The notes under the pieces are model-generated. The model was not told where the DNA came from. It did not search any database and saw only the letters and a list, made by a program, of their open reading frames with translations. This document shows, piece by piece, positions 9,521-19,815 of a stretch of 64,000 bases of DNA. The DNA comes from Candidatus Latescibacterota bacterium (GTDB lineage: Bacteria; Latescibacterota; UBA2968; GCA-2709665). The stretch spans positions 365,574 to 429,573 of the forward strand of contig CAXXJS010000040.1 of the NCBI GenBank assembly GCA_963662665.2, written 5' to 3'. The stretch's first letter is position 1. Each line of letters opens with the position of its first letter. The position numbers were made by a program, and so were the translations under genes.

Positions 9521-10513
9521 ATGGGAAAACTGGGCGTTGGTATTGTGGGCATCGGACACGCGGGACGGGAACACTTCACGGCGTTTGAAGAGAATCCCGA
9601 TGCCCGGGTACTGGCGGTCTGGGCGCCAAGCGTACGCAGACTGGACCTGTTCCCCGGCACGATGGACCTGTTTGCCCCCTCCTTCGAGTCGATGCTGGAA
9701 CGGGACGATATCGATATCATTTCCCTGTGCAGCCCCAACTACGCGCACGCTGAACAGGCGGTGGCCGCGCTGGCAGCGGATAAACACGTGATCTGCGAGA
9801 AACCTCTGGCGACCACGCTGGAAGACTGCGAACGGATCGTGCGGATGGCCGACACGAAACCATCGCTCAAATTCATGGTGGGGCAAAGCGCCAGGTTCAA
9901 TCCGATATGCAAGACCATAAAGCGCTTGTACGAAGAGGGAGAACTGGGAGAGGCCTTCTTCGCGGAGGCGGACTATCTGCACAACATCGGGAATCGGATC
10001 AAGGACTGGTGGGTCGACGACAGGAATCCGCACTTCGGACTGATGGGCGGCGGCGTCCACCCAATCGATCTCCTGCGATGGATCGTGGGAGATATCGACG
10101 AAGTATTCGCGATTTCCAACCAAAAGGTACTCACCGAATTCCCCCACGACGACGCGTACCTGATGAATTTCAGGTTCGAGAACGGGTGCTTGGGAAAGAT
10201 GGCCGCATTTTTGGGATGCCAGCGTCCATACGAACTGAACCTGGCCATATATGGCACAAGAGGCACCGCGATCAACGACAGGTTGTACCTCAGCAAAGTC
10301 GAGGAACTGGAGGACTTTATCCGGCTGCCGATTACGATACTTGCCGAGCACCCCACGTTCGGGGAAGAAATGGCGCATTTCGTGGATTGTATTCTGAACG
10401 ACAAAGCGCCGATGATCGACGTGCGGGACGGCGCGAAATCCGCTGCCACCTGTATAGCGGGCGCGGAGTCCATCGAGAGCGGAAAACCCGTCCACGTGAA
10501 AAATGCGTTTTGA
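9521..10513 (+). CDS. Gfo/Idh/MocA family oxidoreductase
   Basis: GIVGIGHAG, HVICEKPLA, GGGVHPIDL; ATG at 9521 after GGAGG. Confidence 0.9.
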   Translation: MGKLGVGIVGIGHAGREHFTAFEENPDARVLAVWAPSVRRLDLFPGTMDLFAPSFESMLERDDIDIISLCSPNYAHAEQAVAALAADKHVICEKPLATTLEDCERIVRMADTKPSLKFMVGQSARFNPICKTIKRLYEEGELGEAFFAEADYLHNIGNRIKDWWVDDRNPHFGLMGGGVHPIDLLRWIVGDIDEVFAISNQKVLTEFPHDDAYLMNFRFENGCLGKMAAFLGCQRPYELNLAIYGTRGTAINDRLYLSKVEELEDFIRLPITILAEHPTFGEEMAHFVDCILNDKAPMIDVRDGAKSAATCIAGAESIESGKPVHVKNAF

Positions 10514-10538
10514 TTTTCGTTTGCTTCAGGAGAATGTG

Positions 10539-11336
10539 ATGAAGTTATCGCTGTCCGGTCGACTGATTGAGATGACAAGACACACCTATGCGATGACCGT
10601 GGAGGAATTCCTTGCGCTTACGGTACGCGCGGGCTACGAGGCGGTACATCTGAGGGACGGGCAGATCGATCACCTCATCAGGGAAGAACTCTTCGATGAG
10701 GTCGAAGCCCTCTATGCCGGACACGGGCTCGGCTGCAGCATGCTCTGGGGACGGCTGGATTCGGCTTCGTTCGACGCGGACCTGACCCGGAAGAAACTTG
10801 CATTGCTGCCTCGCGTCGGACTGGATCAGCTGATGATCGGGTATCCCACGGATATCGAGTTGATCCGTGAATGGTGCGACCTGGCGGCCCGGCAGGATAT
10901 CACGCTCGTCATTGCCTGTCACGTCAACAGCATATTCGAGGATATCATCCGCGCACGCGATTTCATCAGAAAGGTCGACCGCCCGAACCTCGGGCTGAAC
11001 GTCGATCCGTTGAATATACACATGGCCGGGCAGGACTGCGGCCTGTCCACCCTCGAACAGGTGAAAGACCTGTTGTGCATTGTCAACGTACAGGGCGGCG
11101 TGTTGCACCAGGGCGATCAGACCATTCGCCGTTATTACCTGAAATCCACGCCAACGTTCCGCAGGGTGTACCTGTGCGACGAGGACCATCTCGACGTCCC
11201 TCAGTTCATATCGAACCTGAAAGCCATCGGATATGAGGGTTACGTCAACGTTCTTGAGCCGTATGCGAAGGACGAAGACCTCTCTCGCGTGGCGTTGGAA
11301 ACGGCGCGCTTGCTGAAGGGGTATATCGACGGATAA
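10539..11336 (+). CDS. Sugar phosphate isomerase/epimerase family (AP-endonuclease-2 TIM barrel), divergent
   Basis: AGYEAVHL, VDRPNLGLNVDPLN, LKAIGYEGYVNVLE. Confidence 0.75.
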   Translation: MKLSLSGRLIEMTRHTYAMTVEEFLALTVRAGYEAVHLRDGQIDHLIREELFDEVEALYAGHGLGCSMLWGRLDSASFDADLTRKKLALLPRVGLDQLMIGYPTDIELIREWCDLAARQDITLVIACHVNSIFEDIIRARDFIRKVDRPNLGLNVDPLNIHMAGQDCGLSTLEQVKDLLCIVNVQGGVLHQGDQTIRRYYLKSTPTFRRVYLCDEDHLDVPQFISNLKAIGYEGYVNVLEPYAKDEDLSRVALETARLLKGYIDG

Positions 11337-11620
11337 CGACGTCGGCCGGCTCCCGATATTGTCAGCGAAGCGGCAGGCGCGAAATTCCGCCCGAAGCAGA
11401 GACACGAAAAAACACCGGAACTGTTAACTGTTTGTGACACAGACGCGACATCAATGTAACACAGTTTCATTATTCATTAAATCCTGGCGCGGCATCGGAT
11501 CATGCCCGGGCGCACGTCTCCGCACACTGCCAGGCAGGCGGCACAACCGCTCCCTCTCCGGGACCCGCACGTTCCGTAAATTTCCAATGGATTTTCTTTC
11601 GATCCCGGGCGGAAAAACTC

Positions 11621-11648
11621 TTGACAAAGCTAATATCATATATAAATT
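11621..11648 (+). promoter_or_regulatory. Putative sigma70 promoter of the GntR gene, probably leaderless
   Basis: TTGACA (11621) and TAAATT (11643) with a 16-bp spacer; ATG at 11658 has no SD. Confidence 0.55.
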
Positions 11649-11657
11649 GCGTACATT

Positions 11658-12422
11658 ATGGCAGGAATGACGCTATCCGTCAATTTGGAGGAATTGAAAC
11701 CGGTTTCCAGGGAAACCCTGGCAGACCAGGTTGTAACAATTCTCAGACGATACATTCTGGTTGAAAAGCTGAAAAGAGGCGACAGGCTTCCGCCCGAACG
11801 GATCCTGGCCGCCAATCTGGGCGTCAGCTACCGGGTCATCCGCGAGGCGCTGGCCGTGCTCGTCGGCAAAGGCACCATATCAAGAAAGCAGGGGCGCGGC
11901 ACATTTGTCAGAAACGTGGACACCGGCCATATCCAGAGCGGCCATCTCGATTTGTTTCCATCCATCTCCAGCCGCGCGGACATATACGCGTTGCGCGTTT
12001 CCGTCGAGATGGCGGCGGCCGGTATGGCGGCCGAGAATGCGACGGACAAAGACCTCGCGCATCTCAACGACATTGCCGACTTCAATGCGTCGGACCGCGA
12101 CCAGGGGATGATGGCGTATGAAATCCGCTTTCATCGCGCTCTGTTGCGGGCAACGCATAACCCCACGCTGCAGCGGTTTGCCGACCTGATTGCCGAGGCA
12201 TTGCGCCTCAAGGCATACGACATAAATATCCCGGTTTTCGGTGAGCGGCCGGCTGCCCAGAGTTCCGGCAGGGTCGCTATTTCGGAACATCGGCACATCG
12301 TCGATGCGCTTACGGAACGAGACGGCGCGAAGGCAACGGCAATCATGTACAAACAAATGGCCAGCGTCCGCACGCTGATCCACGCCCTGCAGGGAAAAAA
12401 CGGTCACACGGACCATCAATAG
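11658..12422 (+). CDS. GntR family (FadR subfamily) transcriptional regulator
   Basis: LKRGDRLPPERILAANLGVSYRVIREAL wHTH; FCD domain (FHRALLRATHN, EHRHIVDAL). Confidence 0.92.
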   Translation: MAGMTLSVNLEELKPVSRETLADQVVTILRRYILVEKLKRGDRLPPERILAANLGVSYRVIREALAVLVGKGTISRKQGRGTFVRNVDTGHIQSGHLDLFPSISSRADIYALRVSVEMAAAGMAAENATDKDLAHLNDIADFNASDRDQGMMAYEIRFHRALLRATHNPTLQRFADLIAEALRLKAYDINIPVFGERPAAQSSGRVAISEHRHIVDALTERDGAKATAIMYKQMASVRTLIHALQGKNGHTDHQ

Positions 12423-12528
12423 AACGCCAGGAATCCGAAAATACGCATTGACTACGGATAACCATACATAAGGAGGTGATGCGCCGGGAATATTGACGGT
12501 ACGTTTAACAATAAGGCACCGGAGTGTC

Positions 12529-12550
12529 CGGATGTCGTTCGTGACATCTG
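12529..12550. promoter_or_regulatory. Palindromic candidate operator upstream of the outer-membrane operon
   Basis: CGGATGTC-gttcgt-GACATCTG just before the SD of 12572. Confidence 0.5.
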
Positions 12551-12571
12551 AATAATGTAAGGAGGTTGTAT

Positions 12572-13288
12572 ATGCGTAACGGTGTGTTGGTATGTATGGC
12601 AGCGGCATTGCTGTTGCTCTCGGCGGGAACGGTCTACGGCGGCGGTGTGGCCGGAAGTTGGGGCCTGGGTACGTTCCTGGATTACAACCGGTCCATCTTC
12701 AAGCTGAAGAACTGGTATGAAACCGGCCGGGGGCAGGCCGGCGTGGTGTTCACCTACGTGATGGGTCCGCGGACCAGCGTGGAAATGGAATTTCACCGCT
12801 CCATATTCGAGAACGGAGCACTCGAAGACACCCCGTTTACCTGGCCCATAGACGGCAGGGACTATACGTCACCCAACGCCGTTAGCGAGATGCGTATCAG
12901 CAGCTTTCTCGTAAACGCGGTGGTCAGACGCGGGAACAGGGGCATCCTGGTCAAAGAAAGCTATTCCACCTACGTGACCGTCGGCGCGGGATTCTACGAC
13001 TACAAGACGGACGTAAGCGGCCTGATCTTTCCGGGGCAGCGCGAAGCCCCTATAGACAAAGAGCTGGTGATCGAGCCGTTCAGCGATTCGCGCACGGCGC
13101 TGGGCGCCAACGTGGGTGTGGGCGTGGAGGCGTTTGTGTTCGATAACATTTCGCTGGACGTGCGCGCGCGGTACAATCTCCTGCTGGGCGAGTTGAGGCC
13201 CATGGAAGCGTGGGGCCTCGAGGGCCAGACCTTTCCAATGCAGTTCGTGAACGCGCGCGGAGGCATCCGGTTTTACTTCAAGAAATAG
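12572..13288 (+). CDS. Outer-membrane beta-barrel protein (OmpA-like transmembrane barrel)
   Basis: Signal peptide, alternating strands (YVTVGAGFY, LGANVGVGVE), C-terminal GGIRFYF; TAAGGAGG RBS. Confidence 0.8.
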   Translation: MRNGVLVCMAAALLLLSAGTVYGGGVAGSWGLGTFLDYNRSIFKLKNWYETGRGQAGVVFTYVMGPRTSVEMEFHRSIFENGALEDTPFTWPIDGRDYTSPNAVSEMRISSFLVNAVVRRGNRGILVKESYSTYVTVGAGFYDYKTDVSGLIFPGQREAPIDKELVIEPFSDSRTALGANVGVGVEAFVFDNISLDVRARYNLLLGELRPMEAWGLEGQTFPMQFVNARGGIRFYFKK

Positions 13289-13366
13289 CGATGAAGGCGT
13301 GAAGGCTTGTTGGATCTCGGTTGGAATGTCTTGCAAGTGTAACAAACGCCGCCAAAAGGAGGAACC

Positions 13367-16300
13367 ATGAGCAGGCTCAGGTTTTTGACGGGCGCTTCGG
13401 TCGTGTTGATTGCCGTGTGCTTTGCCGCCAGCACGGTCATGGCAGCGACAACCGGCAAAATCGTCGGTCGCGTGACCGACGAGAAGGGGGAACCCCTGCC
13501 GGGGGCGAGCGTGGCGATAGAGGAAGCCCGGCTGGGTGGTACCACCGATGCCGACGGATTCTACGTGATCGTCTCGGTAACGCCCGGCCAGTACAAGCTA
13601 ACGGCATCGATGGTGGGGTTTCACTCGGTAGTCCAGGAACAGGTGGGCGTACGGGTGGACTTCACCACAACGGTCAACTTTCAACTTCGTGAAACCGAAT
13701 TGGAACTGGAAGATATGGTGGTGGTCGCCGAGAGACCGCCGGTCGATCCCGACAAGACGGACAGCCGTTACGTCGTGACCGCCGAGGAGATCGAGCGAAC
13801 GCCCATTCTGAGAAATGTCACCGAGGTCCTGGAGCTTGAGCCGGGCTATGCCGTTGACGGCAGCGGCGCGATCCGGGGTTGGGTGGCAAGCCACAACGTC
13901 GTCTACGTCGACGGCGTACCCGTTTCCGGCAGGGACGGGCGCGGCATCGGCGGCGGATGGGGCGACGGCGGCGAGAGACAGTGGTACGGCGTCAACCTCA
14001 AGGCGGTGCAGGAGGTCTCGGTCATCACGGGCGGTATGAACGCCGAGTACGGAAACGCGCAGGCCGGCGTCATCCAGATTGTAACGCGCGACGGCGGCGC
14101 GCAATATCACGGCGAGGCGGAGTATCGTCTCACCCCTGCCGGAAAGAAACACTGGGGCGCGAACGCCTACGAAGCGCCGGAACTGCGCGGAAACGCGAGG
14201 TGGAACGACCCGTCCTGGACGTCCGAGGTGGACCCGGAGACGGGTAATCTGGTCCACCCGCGTACGAATTATACGGACTGGCGGGGTCACTACCTGGATG
14301 GGTTTCTGAGCGGCCCGTTGTTCGGGAACTCGTCATTCTTCGCCAGCGCCCGGCACCTGCGTGACGCCGCCGTGCTTCCCGGCCCGTGGCGAACCCGGCC
14401 GGCGAACCTGAGGACCACGGCAAAGCTGACGGTCCCGGCGGGGTCGAACATGAAGCTGCGGATCGGATGGATGTACGACTTCGCGGAAGGCATCAACAAC
14501 GGACGGCTGTCCAGGTACAGCTTCCCGAACGTACTCCGGGGACCGGGACGCGACCTCTTCATTCCCGATGGTTCGGTCGCGGGCGAGGAAAAGCAGACGG
14601 ACAACATGATCTATGGCGTGATCACCCATACCATCAGCCCCCGCACGTTCTACGAAGTGAGCGTATCGCGCTACGGAAGCCGAACGGACACCAGCGGCGT
14701 GGGGAATAAAACCACGGCCGTCAGGACCGACAGCGAAGGGTATTTCTACATCGGCCGGGAAGACGTCTGGGCATTCAAGGTCGGCGAACAGAACCGTTTC
14801 AGCCTGAAGGCCGACCTGTCCAGCCAGATGACCCGGGGCCACTTCGCCAAGACCGGCTTTGATTTCATGACGTTCGAGAACTGGTGGACCTGGACCGGCA
14901 TGACGCCCGGTGACGCGAAGCGGGATATTCGCTACATCGGACAGCCCGAACCCGGCGAGGCCGTGACGCCCAGGCAGTTCGGCGCCTACGTCCAGGACAA
15001 GATGGAGTTCGAGGGGCTGATCGTCAACGTCGGCCTGCGCTACGACCGCTTGTGGGGTCAGGACGTACAGCTGCTGCCGTCGTTCACGTCGGGCTGGTAC
15101 AACGCGATGGATACGTTCATCCAGGCGCCCACGGGGCCCATGCGGACCATTCAGGGTTGGAGCCCCAGGTTGGGTATCTCACACCCCATCACGGCCAGGT
15201 CCAGCATGCATTTCTTTTACGGCCGATACATGATGATCCCCTCCTTCCGGCAACAGTTCGGCAGCCACTGGGAGACGGCTTCAGGACCGCAGGGCATTCC
15301 GGGCGTCCCGTGGAGTCATTTCAACGCGAAAGACGAAAGCTACGGCGCCAACGTCATCAGCCCGGTCTGGGACCACGGTCACCCCACGAACAGTTTCGAA
15401 GTGGGCACAGACTGGAACTTCGTAAGCGATTATGTCTTCTCTCTGGCGGCGTTCTACAAGAGCGGCCACCTGCAGAGTACCGGCATCTGGCACGACGCCG
15501 TCGATCCTGTCACGGGCAGGACGGGCGCCATCGGGGGCACGTACGGTTCCGAGCGCACGGAAGACGTCAAGGGGTTCGAGTTCAGTATGAGGAAGGGCTT
15601 CAGCAACTATTTCGCATTCCGCGCCGCCATGAACCTGGAGTGGCTGGAAGCCATCCACTGGCTGGGCGACCTCGAGTCGGTTGCCAGCGTCCTGGTCTAT
15701 CCGGACCGGAGTTTCATCGCCAGCGGCAAGTACCACAAGGAATGGCGCGCCGCGGGCGGTCGACGGGAACCTGTTCCGCTTACCGCCAGCGAGATCCAGG
15801 CGCTTGGCGACAAGGCGGAAGAGAACCTGCAAACGGTCCGGGATAATCCTGAGGCCTTTCTCACCAGCGGCGGCGCCGGACCGGTTCAGCCGGCGTGGGA
15901 AGTCGAGGGGCTGACGGACGAAGCGAGGCAATATCTTCAGGGCATCTGGTTTCAGAAGCTCTGGTTCAGTACCGGCAATATCTTCACGCGCGGGCGCCGC
16001 AGCCAGGGCAGTCTTCAGATGTTCTTCTCCACCCCGCTCGACTTCGGTCCGGGCGCAAGGTACGCGGGCGTCACGCTGTTTGGCGGCATCAACGCCAACC
16101 TGATCTACCGGATCTACACGGGCAGCAAGTTCAATTACATCAAGCTGACCGGAGCCAACACGCCGACGAGAGGGCCGTTGCATACGGAAGCCGACCTGAA
16201 CCTGCAGAAGCACTTCCGCTTCGGGAATCTGAACGCCGATGTGTTCGTGGAAGTGTTCAACCTCTTCAACCAGCAGGACGCGGCGAGCGTCACCGGTACG

Positions 16301-16435
16301 GACTACATGTGGTGGGGGCTCCAGCAGCCCAGGCCCGACGACGCGACTTACCTCAATTACGGGGACGTTTCAGACCGATCCCGCTACATAGGCAATCCCC
16401 GGATTACGCACGTGGGAATCAGGTTGAGCTTCTGA
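13367..16435 (+). CDS. TonB-dependent outer-membrane transporter with N-terminal carboxypeptidase-regulatory-like domain
   Basis: Signal peptide, TTGKIVGRVTD..GEPLPGASV, plug motif ITGGMNAEYGNAQAGVIQIVT, QDKMEF, SPRLGISHPI, C-terminal NPRITHVGIRLSF. Confidence 0.92.
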   Translation: MSRLRFLTGASVVLIAVCFAASTVMAATTGKIVGRVTDEKGEPLPGASVAIEEARLGGTTDADGFYVIVSVTPGQYKLTASMVGFHSVVQEQVGVRVDFTTTVNFQLRETELELEDMVVVAERPPVDPDKTDSRYVVTAEEIERTPILRNVTEVLELEPGYAVDGSGAIRGWVASHNVVYVDGVPVSGRDGRGIGGGWGDGGERQWYGVNLKAVQEVSVITGGMNAEYGNAQAGVIQIVTRDGGAQYHGEAEYRLTPAGKKHWGANAYEAPELRGNARWNDPSWTSEVDPETGNLVHPRTNYTDWRGHYLDGFLSGPLFGNSSFFASARHLRDAAVLPGPWRTRPANLRTTAKLTVPAGSNMKLRIGWMYDFAEGINNGRLSRYSFPNVLRGPGRDLFIPDGSVAGEEKQTDNMIYGVITHTISPRTFYEVSVSRYGSRTDTSGVGNKTTAVRTDSEGYFYIGREDVWAFKVGEQNRFSLKADLSSQMTRGHFAKTGFDFMTFENWWTWTGMTPGDAKRDIRYIGQPEPGEAVTPRQFGAYVQDKMEFEGLIVNVGLRYDRLWGQDVQLLPSFTSGWYNAMDTFIQAPTGPMRTIQGWSPRLGISHPITARSSMHFFYGRYMMIPSFRQQFGSHWETASGPQGIPGVPWSHFNAKDESYGANVISPVWDHGHPTNSFEVGTDWNFVSDYVFSLAAFYKSGHLQSTGIWHDAVDPVTGRTGAIGGTYGSERTEDVKGFEFSMRKGFSNYFAFRAAMNLEWLEAIHWLGDLESVASVLVYPDRSFIASGKYHKEWRAAGGRREPVPLTASEIQALGDKAEENLQTVRDNPEAFLTSGGAGPVQPAWEVEGLTDEARQYLQGIWFQKLWFSTGNIFTRGRRSQGSLQMFFSTPLDFGPGARYAGVTLFGGINANLIYRIYTGSKFNYIKLTGANTPTRGPLHTEADLNLQKHFRFGNLNADVFVEVFNLFNQQDAASVTGTDYMWWGLQQPRPDDATYLNYGDVSDRSRYIGNPRITHVGIRLSF

Positions 16436-16446
16436 CGTGGGTGAGC

Positions 16447-16464
16447 CCCTCCGGAGACGGAGGG
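16447..16464 (+). promoter_or_regulatory. Intercistronic stem-loop with GNRA tetraloop, possible mRNA stabiliser
   Basis: CCCTCCG-GAGA-CGGAGGG with no adjacent U-tract. Confidence 0.45.
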
Positions 16465-16498
16465 ACAGAACCCCGTTGGCATCTTTGAGGAGATTAAG

Positions 16499-18778
16499 GT
16501 GATGAAAAAGACAATGTTACGGACGATCGCACTCCTGGTCATGTCCCAGGTGTTCGTGAGCGCCGGAAATGCGGAACTCCGGGTCCAGTCCCGCGCGAAG
16601 GTGTGGGATATTTACTGGAACTCGGGCACCCAGGGGGTGCGCGCCGCTACGCCCATGAGCTGGTACCGACCCGTGGGTATGTCCTATCCCGGCAGGTTCT
16701 GGGTGCAGTTCCCCCAGGAATTCGTGGATTACTGGGGCACCCGGCGCTGGGGCGTCCGGTCCGAGTGGGTGGTCTACTACAACGAATTATGCGGCACCAT
16801 GCCCGGCTGGAACCAGTTCATCGCGACGAGAGTCGGCGGCGAGTACCACGTTTCCGAATCCAAGGCCACGCTTGAATCCGAGGACGTGGTGCCGATGGCG
16901 TACGATCCTTCGCAGGGGCCGGAGAGCAATATCGGTTACCGGAAGGTATCGCCCCTCGGCCCCGTCATGGCCAACTGGTGGGCGGGCCAGCCCGCGCCGG
17001 GGCCCGGTTCGCCGGTGGAAATCCACAACTACCGGTACAGCGAATATATGGAGGCCGACAAGGACAATTTTCCGGAGAGCATAATCGTCAGCAAATGGAC
17101 CACGAAGAACGGCATCACGGTAACCAAGAAGTCTTACGCATGGAGCTATCCGGATTTCGACGACTTCCAGATTATGGAATATACGTTCGAGAACACCGGA
17201 GACTCCGACGGTGACGGCGTGGCGGACCTCGGCGGCGGCGGGCTGCAGCTGAACGATACGTTTCTGATTTTCTCCACCCGCTTCTACACCTCCCAGTGCG
17301 GCCAGGCCCACTATGCCGGGGATTCGTTCTTCCGGCGCACAATCCCGATCTCACTGGACGATTGGTACAAGTATACGGAAGCGGCCAACTTCGACGGGCC
17401 GGGCGATGCGTTGGGGCTCAAGATGTGGTACGCCTTCGACGGGGAGAATCCCGATCTGCCGGGAAACGACATCGGCAAACCGTATAGCGAGGAACGTGCG
17501 AACTCGAGCTGGCACCAATGCTGTCTCAAGCAGACGAAGATTGAGGGCGAGATGGGGGCCTTCCAGTACATCGGCGCCGCCCCGCTGGCATATACCCCCG
17601 GGTCGGTCAACGATGCCTCGACCTTTACGTTCGACACCGGCGGAGACGCGAGTTTCGTGGCGCCCCGGGTAGCGGATCAGCCCCACACGGTAAAATGGTG
17701 GGACTACCGGGACCGCACCGATTTTTCGGAACCCGGTTCCGAGAACAAGAGTTCGGAGCAAATCTACAACGAACTGACCAGTCCCGCGCCATCCATCATG
17801 GACAATCCCACCACGGTAGACGGGCTCACCGCTTCCTTCGCCTATGGGCCGTACGACCTGGCCCCCGGCGACAAGGTGAGAATTGTCTACGCTCTGGTGG
17901 CGGCCGCGCCGGTGGAGGAGAATATCTGGGGCTGGGCCAAACAGAGCCGGCAGGAAGATATGCTGTCAGACAAACCCATGAACAACCTGCTGAAACACCA
18001 TAAGGCCGCCACCGACGCCTTCAGGTGGAACTACGACCTGCCCGATCCCCCACCTGACGTCAAGACAGAAACCGCTGCGTCGGTCGACGGATTCAACCTG
18101 ATCAAGTGGACCGATGCAGGCGACGACGCGACCGACCCGGACTACACGGGCGCCGAGGCGCAGGATATCGTGGGCTACCGGGTCTACCGCTCGGACTATA
18201 AAATCGACGACTGGAAGCTGATGGCCGATGTTCCGCTGAAGGACCCGGAATACTATAGCGGCGGCACCTACCAGGTTGAAGACAGGAGGTCCGTTGCGGG
18301 TTTCGAGTACACCTATCGGGTGGCCGCCTACGACTCAGGCCACGACGACTGGAACGGGACCGGGATGTCCATTCCCTCCATGGAGGGCGGCAACAGCGCG
18401 CCCGAGCAGTGGGCGGGCGGCGTAATGACCAGCGTTCCCTTCGTGCCGGCCAACGCTTCGGCGGACCAGTTGGCGCGGGACGTGATCGTCGTCCCCAATC
18501 CGCATAAAGTGGACGGGGCCCACAACTACCCATCCGCGGGTCTGATACGGTTCACCAATATCCCGCAAAAGTGCACGATCCGGATCTACACCGTGGCAGG
18601 CGAGCTTGCCGCCTTAATTAATCACAACGATCCCGCCCGGGGCGAAGCCGGATGGGACCAGATCCCCCATTCGCGCGGCGGGGACGTGCCCGCCGGCGTC
18701 TACTACTGGATCGTCGAATCCCAGATGCCTGGGAGCGCGGGCCAGACACAGCGGGGCACGTTGATGATTATCAAGTAG
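16499..18778 (+). CDS. Secreted protein with FN3 domain and T9SS-like C-terminal sorting domain
   Basis: Sec signal peptide without lipobox; PDPPP...GYRVYRS...YTYRVAAYD (FN3); C-terminal VIVVPNP...IRFTNIP..CTIRIYTVAGEL...GVYYWIV...GTLMIIK. Confidence 0.75.
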   Translation: MMKKTMLRTIALLVMSQVFVSAGNAELRVQSRAKVWDIYWNSGTQGVRAATPMSWYRPVGMSYPGRFWVQFPQEFVDYWGTRRWGVRSEWVVYYNELCGTMPGWNQFIATRVGGEYHVSESKATLESEDVVPMAYDPSQGPESNIGYRKVSPLGPVMANWWAGQPAPGPGSPVEIHNYRYSEYMEADKDNFPESIIVSKWTTKNGITVTKKSYAWSYPDFDDFQIMEYTFENTGDSDGDGVADLGGGGLQLNDTFLIFSTRFYTSQCGQAHYAGDSFFRRTIPISLDDWYKYTEAANFDGPGDALGLKMWYAFDGENPDLPGNDIGKPYSEERANSSWHQCCLKQTKIEGEMGAFQYIGAAPLAYTPGSVNDASTFTFDTGGDASFVAPRVADQPHTVKWWDYRDRTDFSEPGSENKSSEQIYNELTSPAPSIMDNPTTVDGLTASFAYGPYDLAPGDKVRIVYALVAAAPVEENIWGWAKQSRQEDMLSDKPMNNLLKHHKAATDAFRWNYDLPDPPPDVKTETAASVDGFNLIKWTDAGDDATDPDYTGAEAQDIVGYRVYRSDYKIDDWKLMADVPLKDPEYYSGGTYQVEDRRSVAGFEYTYRVAAYDSGHDDWNGTGMSIPSMEGGNSAPEQWAGGVMTSVPFVPANASADQLARDVIVVPNPHKVDGAHNYPSAGLIRFTNIPQKCTIRIYTVAGELAALINHNDPARGEAGWDQIPHSRGGDVPAGVYYWIVESQMPGSAGQTQRGTLMIIK

Positions 18779-18837
18779 GGGCAGATCTCTATTTCTTTTC
18801 GGCTCAGGTCCATACTGAAACTTAAGGAGATGAAGCG

Positions 18838-19791
18838 ATGAAACGGACGTTGTGGATCGGACTGACAGTGGCGGTGATCTGCGCCCTGCTCTACCCGCGG
18901 GGGACAGATGCCCAGGACCAGCGGCGATTGTCGCGGATGGTCCTCCCTGTTCTGAAGATCGATCACGGGGCGCGAATGGCAGGTATGGGCGGTGCGTTTG
19001 TGGCCGTATCGGACAATATCGACGCCATCTTTTCGAATCCTGCGGGCCTCACGCATATCGAACGTGCCGCGTTTACGCTCGGTTACACCCGGTGGCTGAT
19101 GAGCGACTACATCCTTACGGGTGGGATGGCCTACAACACGGCGTACGGCGTTCTGGGCGTTAACGTGGTCACGTTCACCCCCAAGGCATTCGAAGAGACA
19201 ACTATTTTTCAGCCCACGGGGACGGGTCGCGAACCGGATATGGGTGATCTCTCGCTGGGGGTGGTCTACGCCAGAAAACTGACGGACAAACTCTCCGTCG
19301 GCTCAATGTTCCGCTGGACGCAACAAACACTCGATACAGACCGGCTGAATGCGTGGGACGTGGGCGTATCCACGTATTTCTACACCGGTTTCAGGAGCCT
19401 GCGTCTGGGCATGACCTTCGAGAATATGGGCAAGGACGTCAAGGTGATCGATGACGTCAGAAAAATGCCGGTTGCCTTCAGCACGGCCGCGGCAATGGAA
19501 ATTGTCGGCGCCACCGGCGACCCGACGTATATGACGGTAACCTTCGAAAACACGTACGCCACGGATTTCGCGGATCCGCAGTACCGGTTCGGCGGCGAAC
19601 TCTGGCTTCAGAACAGCTTTGCCCTCCGGGCGGGCTATAAGGCAAACTTCGACGAAGAGTCCTGGACGGTCGGGGCGGGGTTGAAATTCTCGATGCCGAA
19701 CGGACGGGTCGTGCAGGCCGACGTCGCGTACAGCGATTTCGGCGTGTACCTGGATGCCCCATTGCGGTTCACGCTTAGCGGCGCGTTCTGA
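18838..19791 (+). CDS. PorV/PorQ family outer-membrane beta-barrel
   Basis: LKIDHGARMAGMGGAFVAVSDNIDAIFSNPAGL plug motif; ALRAGY; DVAYSDFG; terminal Phe. Confidence 0.85.
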   Translation: MKRTLWIGLTVAVICALLYPRGTDAQDQRRLSRMVLPVLKIDHGARMAGMGGAFVAVSDNIDAIFSNPAGLTHIERAAFTLGYTRWLMSDYILTGGMAYNTAYGVLGVNVVTFTPKAFEETTIFQPTGTGREPDMGDLSLGVVYARKLTDKLSVGSMFRWTQQTLDTDRLNAWDVGVSTYFYTGFRSLRLGMTFENMGKDVKVIDDVRKMPVAFSTAAAMEIVGATGDPTYMTVTFENTYATDFADPQYRFGGELWLQNSFALRAGYKANFDEESWTVGAGLKFSMPNGRVVQADVAYSDFGVYLDAPLRFTLSGAF

Positions 19792-19815
19792 GTCTTCAGG
19801 AAGAGTCGTCTGTAA

